This document shows, one piece after another, positions 9,915 through 18,306 of a stretch of DNA of 64,000 nucleotides. Position 1 is the stretch's first letter; the number at the start of each line of letters is the position of its first letter. The position numbers and the translations under genes were made by a program. Below the pieces are notes generated by a model. The model was not told the DNA's origin and searched no databases. It worked only from the letters and a program-made list of their open reading frames with translations. Source of the DNA: Alphaproteobacteria bacterium (lineage in GTDB: Bacteria; Pseudomonadota; Alphaproteobacteria; UBA7985); NCBI GenBank assembly GCA_965661545.1, contig CBFIEF010000013.1, positions 1,393 through 65,392 of the forward strand, given 5' to 3'.

Positions 9915-10786
9915 GGCGCCTCCGCTCTGAAGGCGTCTATAACGGCAATCACATCGTCAAAAGACGCTCTCAGCCCCTTGTAATCCCGCTCCGCGGGGGT
10001 CAAGGCGAGCAAGTATTCCCGCAAGCGATCAAGCGCGCCGGGGTGCTTGGCCAGCTGTGCCAGCGGATCGAGATAGATGCGAACGGTGAAAAGAATATCA
10101 CCGCTGTCAGGCAGCTTGCGCAGGGTCTGACGTTCGACCCGAATGAACGAAGCTGAATCCAGGGTATGGCGGTCGGGGTTCGCCTCTCGACTGCGGGCAG
10201 AATAGGGATGGTGGAGCGTGGCGGTGGGATAGAGGCTCCAGTTCATACGCTGAACCGGCTGCTCGACCTTCAAGCCATCAAAAATTCGCCCCATCAGGCT
10301 GGCGTTGCGCGTGCCGGGCCCGAATTCGGGGACGTTGCCGTGGATCTGGTCGAGCGGCAGGCTGAACTTCTCCGCCAGCGACCAGCTCGAAGGGAAGTGC
10401 AACGCCGCCGCCACAAGCCGCCAGCCGCTGTTGTCTCGGCGCAGGAGCAGCAAATCTTCCTGCACCAAGCGCGCTGCTTCGAGCAGGTCGGCACCGCCGC
10501 TGTCTGGCGGCAGGGGGATGTGAGCGTGGTGCCGGGTTAGGTTGTCGGTGATCAGCGCGCGGACTTCGGCTTGGGCCTGTGCGGTACCAGTCTCTTCGCG
10601 AAACACAGCGTCGCCTTGGCTGGCTGTGAGGCGATCTTTCTCAGCGCGGTACGGCTCGATCTGGTCATCGACCTCGAACCATTGGGCAAGATTCAAAGGC
10701 TTGAGACCGATGCGAAACAAAGGCTCCAACCGCTCGCCACCGAAACGGACGGGGCCCGATGACGCTTTGGCAGAATCGGTCATCAC
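9911..10786 (-). CDS. DUF3445 family protein (heme-dependent oxidative N-demethylase alpha-subunit-like)
   Basis: …LFRIGLKPLNLAQWFEVDD… motif recalled for DUF3445; start GTG/ATG overlaps the upstream stop. Confidence 0.45.
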   Translation of the reverse strand: MMTDSAKASSGPVRFGGERLEPLFRIGLKPLNLAQWFEVDDQIEPYRAEKDRLTASQGDAVFREETGTAQAQAEVRALITDNLTRHHAHIPLPPDSGGADLLEAARLVQEDLLLLRRDNSGWRLVAAALHFPSSWSLAEKFSLPLDQIHGNVPEFGPGTRNASLMGRIFDGLKVEQPVQRMNWSLYPTATLHHPYSARSREANPDRHTLDSASFIRVERQTLRKLPDSGDILFTVRIYLDPLAQLAKHPGALDRLREYLLALTPAERDYKGLRASFDDVIAVIDAFRAEAP

Positions 10787-11472
10787 TGGGGCTGATCTCC
10801 TGCCGCCTGGTGGAAAAACGCCTGAATCTGCGCCCCCATGATGGCGTTATCCAGCGGCCGGTGGAGGACTTCACGGGCGCCTTGCAGAACCTCAGGCGCC
10901 AGACGGTCAGCGTAAGCTTCGGTCAAGTCTGTGATGAATTGAGTGCTGAATTCAGGGTGCGGCTGGAAGCTGAGCGCTTTGCCGGTGTAGGCCAACCCAG
11001 CAAAGGCGCAGAAATCAGTCTCCGCGATGACGGTGGCGTCCTTTGGCAGCGCTGTCACCTGATCCTGATGCACGGCAACGATGGTTTGTGCGGGGCCCTC
11101 CCGAAAACGATATTCGACAGGGCCAAAGGACCAACCGCCGGAGAACTTCTCGACCGTACCGCCTAGAGCTTGGGCGAGGATTTGGTGGCCGAAGCAGATG
11201 CCGACGATGGGCACCTCCGCGGCATAGGCTTCACGCAAAAACGCCTCGAGCGGGGGGATCCATTGGTGGTCCTCATAGGCGCCCGAGCGCGATCCTGACA
11301 CCAGCCAGCCATTTTGTTCGGTGATGCTGTCGGGAAACGCGCCGTCCACAACGACGTAAGGCGTGCACTCAAACCCCTCCCCCAGCATGTCGGCATAGAG
11401 GTCGCGGTACGTGCCGTAGCGGGCTTTGATCTCGTCGGTGAAATGCCCGCACATGAGAATACCGATTTTCAT
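10783..11472 (-). CDS. Class I glutamine amidotransferase-like hydrolase (gamma-glutamyl-GABA hydrolase PuuD-like)
   Basis: GATase1 catalytic Cys (GICFGHQ) and His; RBS GGAG before MKIGIL; lies within a polyamine catabolic context. Confidence 0.65.
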   Translation of the reverse strand: MKIGILMCGHFTDEIKARYGTYRDLYADMLGEGFECTPYVVVDGAFPDSITEQNGWLVSGSRSGAYEDHQWIPPLEAFLREAYAAEVPIVGICFGHQILAQALGGTVEKFSGGWSFGPVEYRFREGPAQTIVAVHQDQVTALPKDATVIAETDFCAFAGLAYTGKALSFQPHPEFSTQFITDLTEAYADRLAPEVLQGAREVLHRPLDNAIMGAQIQAFFHQAAGDQPQ

Positions 11473-11492
11473 AGGCTCAACTCCACCTTTGG

Positions 11493-12488
11493 TTACCATA
11501 GTCCTCGATGCCGCCGCTGTGCCATGACGCACAGCCAATCAAACGCAACGGTAGCCGCCGCAATGGCCGTGATTTCGGCGTGATCAAAAGGGGGTGAGAC
11601 TTCGACCAAATCCATGCCGATCATGTTGACAGCACCCAGCCCCCGGATCAGCTCCAGAGCTTGCCACGTTGCGAGACCGCCGCTGACCGGGGTACCCGTG
11701 CCCGGCGCAAATGCGGGATCGAGCACGTCGATATCGAAACTGAGGTAAACTGGCCGATCCCCAACGCGCGCACGAATGGCGTCTAGCGTTGCATCGATGC
11801 CGTGACGGTGCACCCACGGCGCCGACAAAACCTCGATGCCGACATCAATGTCATTGTGGGTGCGCAAGCCTACTTGAATAGAATGATCCACGTCGATCAA
11901 TCCTTCGTTCACGGCAGAGAGGAACATGGTGCCGTGGTCCAGCGGGCCAGAGCTTGCCCAAGTATCGCAGTGGGCGTCAAACTGCAGCAGCGCGACGGGG
12001 CCGTGCTTGGCTGCGTGGGCTTTGATCAACGGATAGGCGATGAAGTGGTCACCGCCAATGGTGAGCATGGTGGTGTCCGTCTCGAGAATGGCGCGCGCGT
12101 GGCTCTCAATGGCATCGGGAACGGACATGGGGGAGTGCGGGTCTAGCGCGCAGTCGCCGAAATCCACGACGCCAAGGGTGTCGAAGGGGTCGAAGCCAAA
12201 AGGGAAACTTTTAAGCTCGGCCAATTGCACCGATGCCGCGCGCACGGCCCGCGGTCCCAACCGGGTACCCGGGCGATAGGTCACGGCGCTATCAAAGGGC
12301 ACACCAGAAACCGCAATATCAACGCCGTCCAGTTCCCGCGAATATTTGCGCCGCAAGAACGAAAGGGCTCCGGCGTAAGTCAGCTCATAAGCAGTGCCCC
12401 GCACGCCGTCCTTGCGCCATGCCTGATCCATGATCTCTTCGTTGCCGGTTGGCGTTCCTTGCTGGGCGCGCTGAGGGGTGTCGGACAT
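11493..12488 (-). CDS. Agmatinase / arginase-family ureohydrolase (agmatinase, guanidinobutyrase or similar)
   Basis: Mn-binding motifs GGDHFIAYP, DAHCDTW, SFDIDVLDPAFAPGTGTP. Confidence 0.8.
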   Translation of the reverse strand: MSDTPQRAQQGTPTGNEEIMDQAWRKDGVRGTAYELTYAGALSFLRRKYSRELDGVDIAVSGVPFDSAVTYRPGTRLGPRAVRAASVQLAELKSFPFGFDPFDTLGVVDFGDCALDPHSPMSVPDAIESHARAILETDTTMLTIGGDHFIAYPLIKAHAAKHGPVALLQFDAHCDTWASSGPLDHGTMFLSAVNEGLIDVDHSIQVGLRTHNDIDVGIEVLSAPWVHRHGIDATLDAIRARVGDRPVYLSFDIDVLDPAFAPGTGTPVSGGLATWQALELIRGLGAVNMIGMDLVEVSPPFDHAEITAIAAATVAFDWLCVMAQRRHRGLW

Positions 12489-12595
12489 GAGAGGAATCCT
12501 TGCTGCAGATGAGATGTTCGAAGCCTAGAGCGAGGCTGGCCGAGAAGCAATTGGTGGCGTGATTACCGCTCAAGGGCTTCGCCCTTTCCCGGCAA

Positions 12596-12645
12596 CCCCG
12601 CGCAAGCAGATCGCCGGCGCAGCCGGCGTCCTGCTTGCGCGTGGC
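12596..12645 (-). repeat. Copy A of a dispersed ~50-70 bp intergenic repeat (reverse orientation; perfect 11-bp hairpin CGCGCAAGCAG…CTGCTTGCGCG)
   Basis: Matches the reverse complement of copies at 31222, 60007 and 60090. Confidence 0.6.
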
Positions 12646-12755
12646 TGACGATTGCCCGTCAGGGTAATCGTCAGACGCGCCACCCGCGTTGTTTCATCAT
12701 GGTGCACAGTAGTCTTAGAGTGAAAGAACACGTGGTGGCGCCGTCATGCCCCGTG

Positions 12756-12826
12756 CGCTTCGCGCCCGTGGCACGACCCCGCGCAAGTTGGTCGCCGGCT
12801 CCGCCGTCGGTCGGGCTGCGCCCTCC
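12756..12826 (-). repeat. Copy B of the dispersed intergenic repeat (reverse orientation)
   Basis: cgcttcgcg…ccccgcgcaagttggtcgccggctccgccgtcggtcgggctgcgccctcc aligns base-for-base with the reverse complement of copy E. Confidence 0.65.
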
Positions 12827-12837
12827 ATTACACCCCG

Positions 12838-14154
12838 CTAAATGCGGTCTCTAAAGGCGTACCAACTCATGGCGGCGAACAACAGGGGCTGACGCCAGCG
12901 GCCTCCGCCGGGAAACTTTGGTGTTGGAATCCGCTGCATCACGCGAAAGTCCTGATCGTCACCGTCCAAGAAGTCGGCAAAGATCTTGCCCGACCGCGTG
13001 GCCATAGCCAGCCCCGAGCCCGAATAGCCCGACATGGAGTAAATCCCCCCGCCCAGCTCCGCGAAATCTGGCAACCGGGGCATGGTGATCCCTAGCGTCC
13101 CGCCCCAACCGTAATCCAATCTCACATCCTTGAGCTGTGGAAACAGCGCCAGAAGTGGCTTTGTCACGAATTCTTCGATCCGCCCGTGGAACTTGTAGCC
13201 ATAGGTCTCCCCCCCGCCAAACAGCAGCCGGCGATCCTCGCTCAAGCGATAGTAGTTGACCACAAAACGGCTGTCCGCCACAGCCACGTCATCACGGATC
13301 AACCCCCGCGCGGCCTCTTCGGTCATCGGTTCGGTCGCTACCACAAATGAGTTGATCGGCATCACCTTGGCCGATGTCTGCGGCTCCAGCCCACACAAGT
13401 ATCCGTTGCAAGCGTACAGGATTGTCTTCGCCCGCACGGCGGCGCCTGAGTCAGTCCGCACCACGTGCGGATCCCCGCGCTCAACCTCAACCACCGGCGA
13501 GCGTTCAAAGATCTGCGCCGCAGCGGCCTCCGCTGCCCGCGCCAAGCCCAGCGCGAGGTTCAGCGGGTGGCAATGCCCGCCGCCCATATCCAGTGTCGCC
13601 CCAAAGCACCCCGCCGCACCGAGCATCTCCGGCAGCTCCTCCCGATCCACAAAGCGAATTTGGTTGTAGCCGTATTCCTCATTCAGTTTTCGCACGTAAT
13701 CCCGGCTGTGTGCATCAAATCGGGCGCGATGGTTGGTGTAGAGAAGCCCGGGCTTATAACCGATGGGGATATCGTGCTTTGCGGCAAGCTCTTGGACCAA
13801 TAACGGCGCCTCGACGCCTATGCGGTAGGCCTCTCGCGCATCATCAACACCGATCAGCTCCTCGAGCTCGTCCTGCTCGACCCGCTGGCCCACGCCGGCT
13901 TGACCACCGTTGCGCCCAGATGCGCCCCAACCCGCGCGATGGGCATCCAGCACAACCACCGACCGCCCGCGCTCTGCGCAGTGCAAAGCCGAACTCAGCC
14001 CCGTAAAACCACCGCCTATGATGCAAATATCCGCCTCAACCGTGCCGGTCAGCGCAGGGCGGTCCACAGCCCCCACAGCCGTCGCAGCATAGTACGACGG
14101 CGGGTAACGCCCAACGGCGTCGTCATTCTTGTAAAGCAGTGACGTATCAGACAT
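12838..14154 (-). CDS. FAD-dependent oxidoreductase (gamma-glutamylputrescine oxidase PuuB-like)
   Basis: GGGFTGLSSA Rossmann motif, DAO family; start MSDTSLLY overlaps the upstream stop. Confidence 0.75.
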   Translation of the reverse strand: MSDTSLLYKNDDAVGRYPPSYYAATAVGAVDRPALTGTVEADICIIGGGFTGLSSALHCAERGRSVVVLDAHRAGWGASGRNGGQAGVGQRVEQDELEELIGVDDAREAYRIGVEAPLLVQELAAKHDIPIGYKPGLLYTNHRARFDAHSRDYVRKLNEEYGYNQIRFVDREELPEMLGAAGCFGATLDMGGGHCHPLNLALGLARAAEAAAAQIFERSPVVEVERGDPHVVRTDSGAAVRAKTILYACNGYLCGLEPQTSAKVMPINSFVVATEPMTEEAARGLIRDDVAVADSRFVVNYYRLSEDRRLLFGGGETYGYKFHGRIEEFVTKPLLALFPQLKDVRLDYGWGGTLGITMPRLPDFAELGGGIYSMSGYSGSGLAMATRSGKIFADFLDGDDQDFRVMQRIPTPKFPGGGRWRQPLLFAAMSWYAFRDRI

Positions 14155-15553
14155 TGAGCAACAAATGCTGTCGTTCCCAAGGACTAATGACCTGCATGAA
14201 GGCATCGTATTCTTCGAACTTCAGCGCCGCATACATATCGATGAACTTCTGGCCAAGAACCTCGGCCAGCTCATCACTCTTGGTGAACGCATCCAAACCT
14301 TCGAGCAAGGAATAGGGCAAGGCCCGCCCGCCTTCAAAGCCATTGCCGACAACATCCGCCCGCGGCTCAACCCGGTTCTGGATGCCGAGCAATCCCGCCG
14401 CTAAGGATCCAGCAATCGCCAGATACGGGTTCGTATCGGCCCCAATCAAGCGGTTCTCAACCCGCCGGTTGCGGGGATTGGATCGCGGTACGCGCAAGCC
14501 CGTGGTCCTGTTATCGTAGCCCCATTCCAGATTGATCGGCGCTGACATGTCCGGCACCAATCGGCGGTAGGAATTCACATAGGGCGCCCACAAAGCAGAG
14601 GTCGCGTAGGAATACTGCTGCTGCCCACCGATGAACCAGCGGAACAAGTCGGTCGGCTCCCCATCTTTACCGCTGAAGATATTCTCGCCACTGTCGATCG
14701 ACTGCACAGACTGGTGAATGTGCATGGCGTTCCCGGCGTGGCCCTCGATCGGCTTGGCCATGAAGGTGGCATAGCACCCGCAGCGCAGCGCCGCCTCGCG
14801 CACGGTGCGCTTAAAGATGAAGACCTCATCCGCCTTGTTCATCGCGTTACCGTGGACAAGGTTAACCTCCAACTGTGCCGGACCAAATTCCTGAATGATC
14901 GTGTCGATCTCAACGCCCTGCGCCTCGGCAAAGTCGTAGATGTGATCGATCACAGATTCGTACTCATCAATCCCCTGCATCGAGAACGCCTGATTGGTGC
15001 GCTGCGTCCGGCCCGAGCGGCCTTGAGGCGGCTCCAGTGGCAGATCAGGGTCCGTGTTGGGCTTGGTCAGATAGAACTCCAACTCCGGCGCAACAATCGG
15101 CTCCCACCCCAGATCTTTGTACTGATCCAACACGCGGCGCAGAACCGTGCGGGGGGCAAAGTCGATGGGCTTGCCATCCAGATCCAAAACATCGTGGATC
15201 ACCTGAATCGACGGCACCGTCGCCCACGGCAAGGACGCCGCCGTGTGCAGGTCCGGCTTCAGGATCATGTCCGCGTCTGACCACAGCTCGCTGTGCGGGC
15301 TGTCGGCGTAAGACCCGGTGATCGTCGCGAAGAACACGGATGTGGGCAAGCGCGTCTGTACGCCCTTGAACCACTTGGCTGCTGGCATCACCTTGCCGCG
15401 CGCAATCCCGGCGAAATCAGGCGTATGACACTCAACCTCTTCAACGCCTTTTTCCTTTGCCCATGTCCGCAGTTCACTCATCCGGCCCGAAACCAGATCA
15501 GGGGACTCTTCAAGGGTTATTTCCGGCTCCAAAGACTGGGGAAGCTCGTTCAT
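14147..15553 (-). CDS. Glutamine synthetase-family ligase (gamma-glutamylputrescine synthetase PuuA-like)
   Basis: GS catalytic-domain motifs; RBS GGGAGA 6 nt before the ATG at 15553. Confidence 0.75.
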   Translation of the reverse strand: MNELPQSLEPEITLEESPDLVSGRMSELRTWAKEKGVEEVECHTPDFAGIARGKVMPAAKWFKGVQTRLPTSVFFATITGSYADSPHSELWSDADMILKPDLHTAASLPWATVPSIQVIHDVLDLDGKPIDFAPRTVLRRVLDQYKDLGWEPIVAPELEFYLTKPNTDPDLPLEPPQGRSGRTQRTNQAFSMQGIDEYESVIDHIYDFAEAQGVEIDTIIQEFGPAQLEVNLVHGNAMNKADEVFIFKRTVREAALRCGCYATFMAKPIEGHAGNAMHIHQSVQSIDSGENIFSGKDGEPTDLFRWFIGGQQQYSYATSALWAPYVNSYRRLVPDMSAPINLEWGYDNRTTGLRVPRSNPRNRRVENRLIGADTNPYLAIAGSLAAGLLGIQNRVEPRADVVGNGFEGGRALPYSLLEGLDAFTKSDELAEVLGQKFIDMYAALKFEEYDAFMQVISPWERQHLLLNV

Positions 15554-15574
15554 CACTCATCTCCCACTTATCGC

Positions 15575-16963
15575 TCAGGCCATCTGGTCGGCAACAGCCG
15601 CCGCAGTCAGGTCCAAGGCTTTCCACGCCCGCTCGACCAGCGCATCGATTTCATCGTCTTTGATGATCAACGGCGGACTGCAAACCATGGAATCCCGGAC
15701 CGCGCGCATCACAAGATTGTTCGCAAAACAGTTGTCACGACAAATGCCACCAACCGTTCCGCTGCTCTCAAACCGTCGGCGAGACCCACTCTTGGCGTCC
15801 GGCACCAACTCAAGCTTGCCCAGCAAACCACAAGTAACGGCCTCACCCACCAGCGGATGATCTCCCAGCGCGCTGAACTTTTCGGCAAAGACACCAGCGG
15901 TGTGCGAGCCAACGCGGTCAACGATGCCTTCACGCTCCAGAATATCGAGATTGGCAATCGCCGCAGCGGCGCTCACCGGGTGGCCGGAATAGGTATAGCC
16001 ATGGGCAAATTCGCCCATCTGCGAAACGCCCTCATAGACATCATCGGTCAGACCAACCCCGCCAATAGGCAGATAGCCACTGCTCAGCCCCTTGGCCATC
16101 GCCATCATATCAGGGCGGATGTTGAAGTGATCAGAACCAAACCATTTGCCCAGACGTCCAAAGCCGCAAATCACCTCGTCAGCAACCAACAGTATATCCC
16201 GCTCATCGCAAATCCGCTGGATCTCAGGCCAGTAGGTCTCTGGCGGAATGATCACCCCGCCTGCGCCCTGAATGGGTTCAGCAATAAAGGCCGCAACGCG
16301 GTCCTCGCCGATCTGATCAATCGCCGCTTCCAATTCGCGCGCCCGCATCAAACCAAATTCAGCCGGATCCATGTCGCCGCCCTCATCGTACCAATAGGGC
16401 TGGCCAATGTGGTGAATATCTGGAATCGGCAAACCACCTTGGGCGTGCATGAAGGCCATGCCGCCCAGTGACGCCGACGCCATAGAAGAGCCGTGATAGG
16501 CGTTGTGACGGGAAATCATCACCGTCTTGCTCGGCTTGCCCCGTCCGGCCCAATAGGTGCGAGCAAGGCGAATAACCGTGTCGTTGCTGTCTGAACCCGA
16601 CGTGCCAAACATGAACTTGTTGATGCCGTTGGGCGTCAGCGCTCGCAGCTTTTCGGACAGCGCAATCACCGGCGGGTGCGTCGTCTTAAAAAAGGTATTG
16701 TAGTACGGCAGCTGTGACATCTGTCGCGCAGCAGCTTCGCCGATTTCGCTGCGGCCATAGCCTACGTTTACGCACCAAAGCCCCGCCATACCATCTAGGA
16801 TCTGGTTGCCTTCACTGTCGCCGATGAATACCCCGCTAGCCGACGTGATAACCCGCAGATCATCCGTGCCCAAAGTATCGTGATCGGTAAACGGATGCAT
16901 GTGGCTGTTCAGGTCAGCCTCGCGCATCACATCAGTTGTCGGCAAATTTCCCAAGGAAAGCAT
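15575..16963 (-). CDS. Class III (omega) aminotransferase (putrescine/GABA/beta-alanine-pyruvate type)
   Basis: PLP-fold type I motifs (DEVICGFGRLG, KGLSSGYLP). Confidence 0.85.
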   Translation of the reverse strand: MLSLGNLPTTDVMREADLNSHMHPFTDHDTLGTDDLRVITSASGVFIGDSEGNQILDGMAGLWCVNVGYGRSEIGEAAARQMSQLPYYNTFFKTTHPPVIALSEKLRALTPNGINKFMFGTSGSDSNDTVIRLARTYWAGRGKPSKTVMISRHNAYHGSSMASASLGGMAFMHAQGGLPIPDIHHIGQPYWYDEGGDMDPAEFGLMRARELEAAIDQIGEDRVAAFIAEPIQGAGGVIIPPETYWPEIQRICDERDILLVADEVICGFGRLGKWFGSDHFNIRPDMMAMAKGLSSGYLPIGGVGLTDDVYEGVSQMGEFAHGYTYSGHPVSAAAAIANLDILEREGIVDRVGSHTAGVFAEKFSALGDHPLVGEAVTCGLLGKLELVPDAKSGSRRRFESSGTVGGICRDNCFANNLVMRAVRDSMVCSPPLIIKDDEIDALVERAWKALDLTAAAVADQMA

Positions 16964-17175
16964 AAATGCGGTCCATCACTGTTGAAGGTGCCGACACACT
17001 AGGCCCACTTTTGAAGGCTTGGAAAGGGCTTGATGGGACGGGCCTGAGCAAAATCATCACTTTTTCGGATTTCAACCCATATCAAGACCACAGAAAGACA
17101 AAATGGCCCCTTGAAAAGCAACGCGTAAAGGAGTCACCTAGTCGCTAGGATATTTATTAAGAGAAAGGGTAAAAA

Positions 17176-18018
17176 ATGGCGCTCGTCGCAGTTGATTACA
17201 CCAGTCCAACCGCCAAACAAGACTTCGTCCGCTCTCTACGCGAGACCGGCTTTGGCGTGCTCAAGAACCATCCCCTACAGCAAAGCCAGGTCCAGGGCAT
17301 CTATGATGACTGGCGCGCTTTCTTTGGCGAGACGCGCAAGACTGATTTTACGGTGCCCCACAACGGCACCGGCGGGTTTTACCCGCAGACCATGTCTGAG
17401 ACCGCCAAGGGCAATACGATCAAGGACATAAAAGAGTTCTTCCACTTCTACCCCGGGGACGTTTGTCCCGAAGACCTCCGTCCCGGTGCGCAGTCCTATC
17501 ACGAGAATGCCATGTCACTGGCCTCCGAGCTGCTGCAGTGGATTGAAGATGAGTCGCCATCGGACGTTGCTAAGCTCTATTCGGAGCCGTTGTCCGACAT
17601 GATCGAGAACAGCCCAAAGCACCTACTGCGGATCCTGCACTACCCGCCGCTGACCGGCGATGAAGAGCCGGCAGCAATCCGCGCTGCGGCCCACGAAGAC
17701 ATCAACCTGATCACCATCCTCCCCGCCGCCAACGAGCCGGGTTTGCAGGTATTGGCAAGCGATGGGTCGTGGTTGGAAGTGCCCTGTGACTTCGGTAACC
17801 TGATCGTCAATATTGGCGACATGCTGCAAGAAGTATCGGGCGGTTACTTCCCCTCAACCACGCATCGCGTGGTCAATCCAGAAGGCTCCGATAAGACCGT
17901 TGGCCGGATCAGTATTCCGCTGTTCTGTCATCCGAACCCGGAGACCGTTCTCTCTGAACGCTACACCGCCGACTCCTACTTGCAGGAACGACTGCGCGAG
18001 CTGCGCGGCGAGGCTTAA
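17176..18018 (+). CDS. 2-oxoglutarate/Fe(II)-dependent oxygenase (isopenicillin N synthase family)
   Basis: HxD…H facial triad (HEDINLITIL … HRVV), RxS motif. Confidence 0.75.
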   Translation: MALVAVDYTSPTAKQDFVRSLRETGFGVLKNHPLQQSQVQGIYDDWRAFFGETRKTDFTVPHNGTGGFYPQTMSETAKGNTIKDIKEFFHFYPGDVCPEDLRPGAQSYHENAMSLASELLQWIEDESPSDVAKLYSEPLSDMIENSPKHLLRILHYPPLTGDEEPAAIRAAAHEDINLITILPAANEPGLQVLASDGSWLEVPCDFGNLIVNIGDMLQEVSGGYFPSTTHRVVNPEGSDKTVGRISIPLFCHPNPETVLSERYTADSYLQERLRELRGEA

Positions 18019-18306
18019 AACGGATCGCGGAACCGCACCGGTCTACACGGATCCGGTTCCGCTTCACCCCTTCGTCATGGGCTGGCGCTCATTGAGTTCT
18101 CAAGGGCCAAAACCTGACCACCCCCACCACCGCTTCACAAAAATTCCGACGACCCTGCGTCATTTTTGACTTGCTTCGAGCATATATATAAAATTCGCTT
18201 TGAATTTACGTGAATATAGATGTAGATTATGCGATAAATTTCGCAACTTTAGCGTTTCTGTTTTTTAGGCTGAAGTTTGCTGTTCATTTTCAGACGGAGT
18301 TCTGTC

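Noticed and set aside
13374-14006. 210-aa Pro/Ala/Arg-rich ORF antisense to the PuuB-like gene
   Set aside because: Low-complexity antisense ORF. The opposite strand has a clear FAD-oxidoreductase.
15293-16471. 392-aa plus-strand ORF antisense to the aminotransferase
   Set aside because: Shadow ORF. No recognisable domain, and the sense gene is strongly supported.
16966-17148. 60-aa ORF in the divergent promoter region between the aminotransferase and the 2OG oxygenase
   Set aside because: Low-GC3, atypical codon usage. More likely a promoter region.
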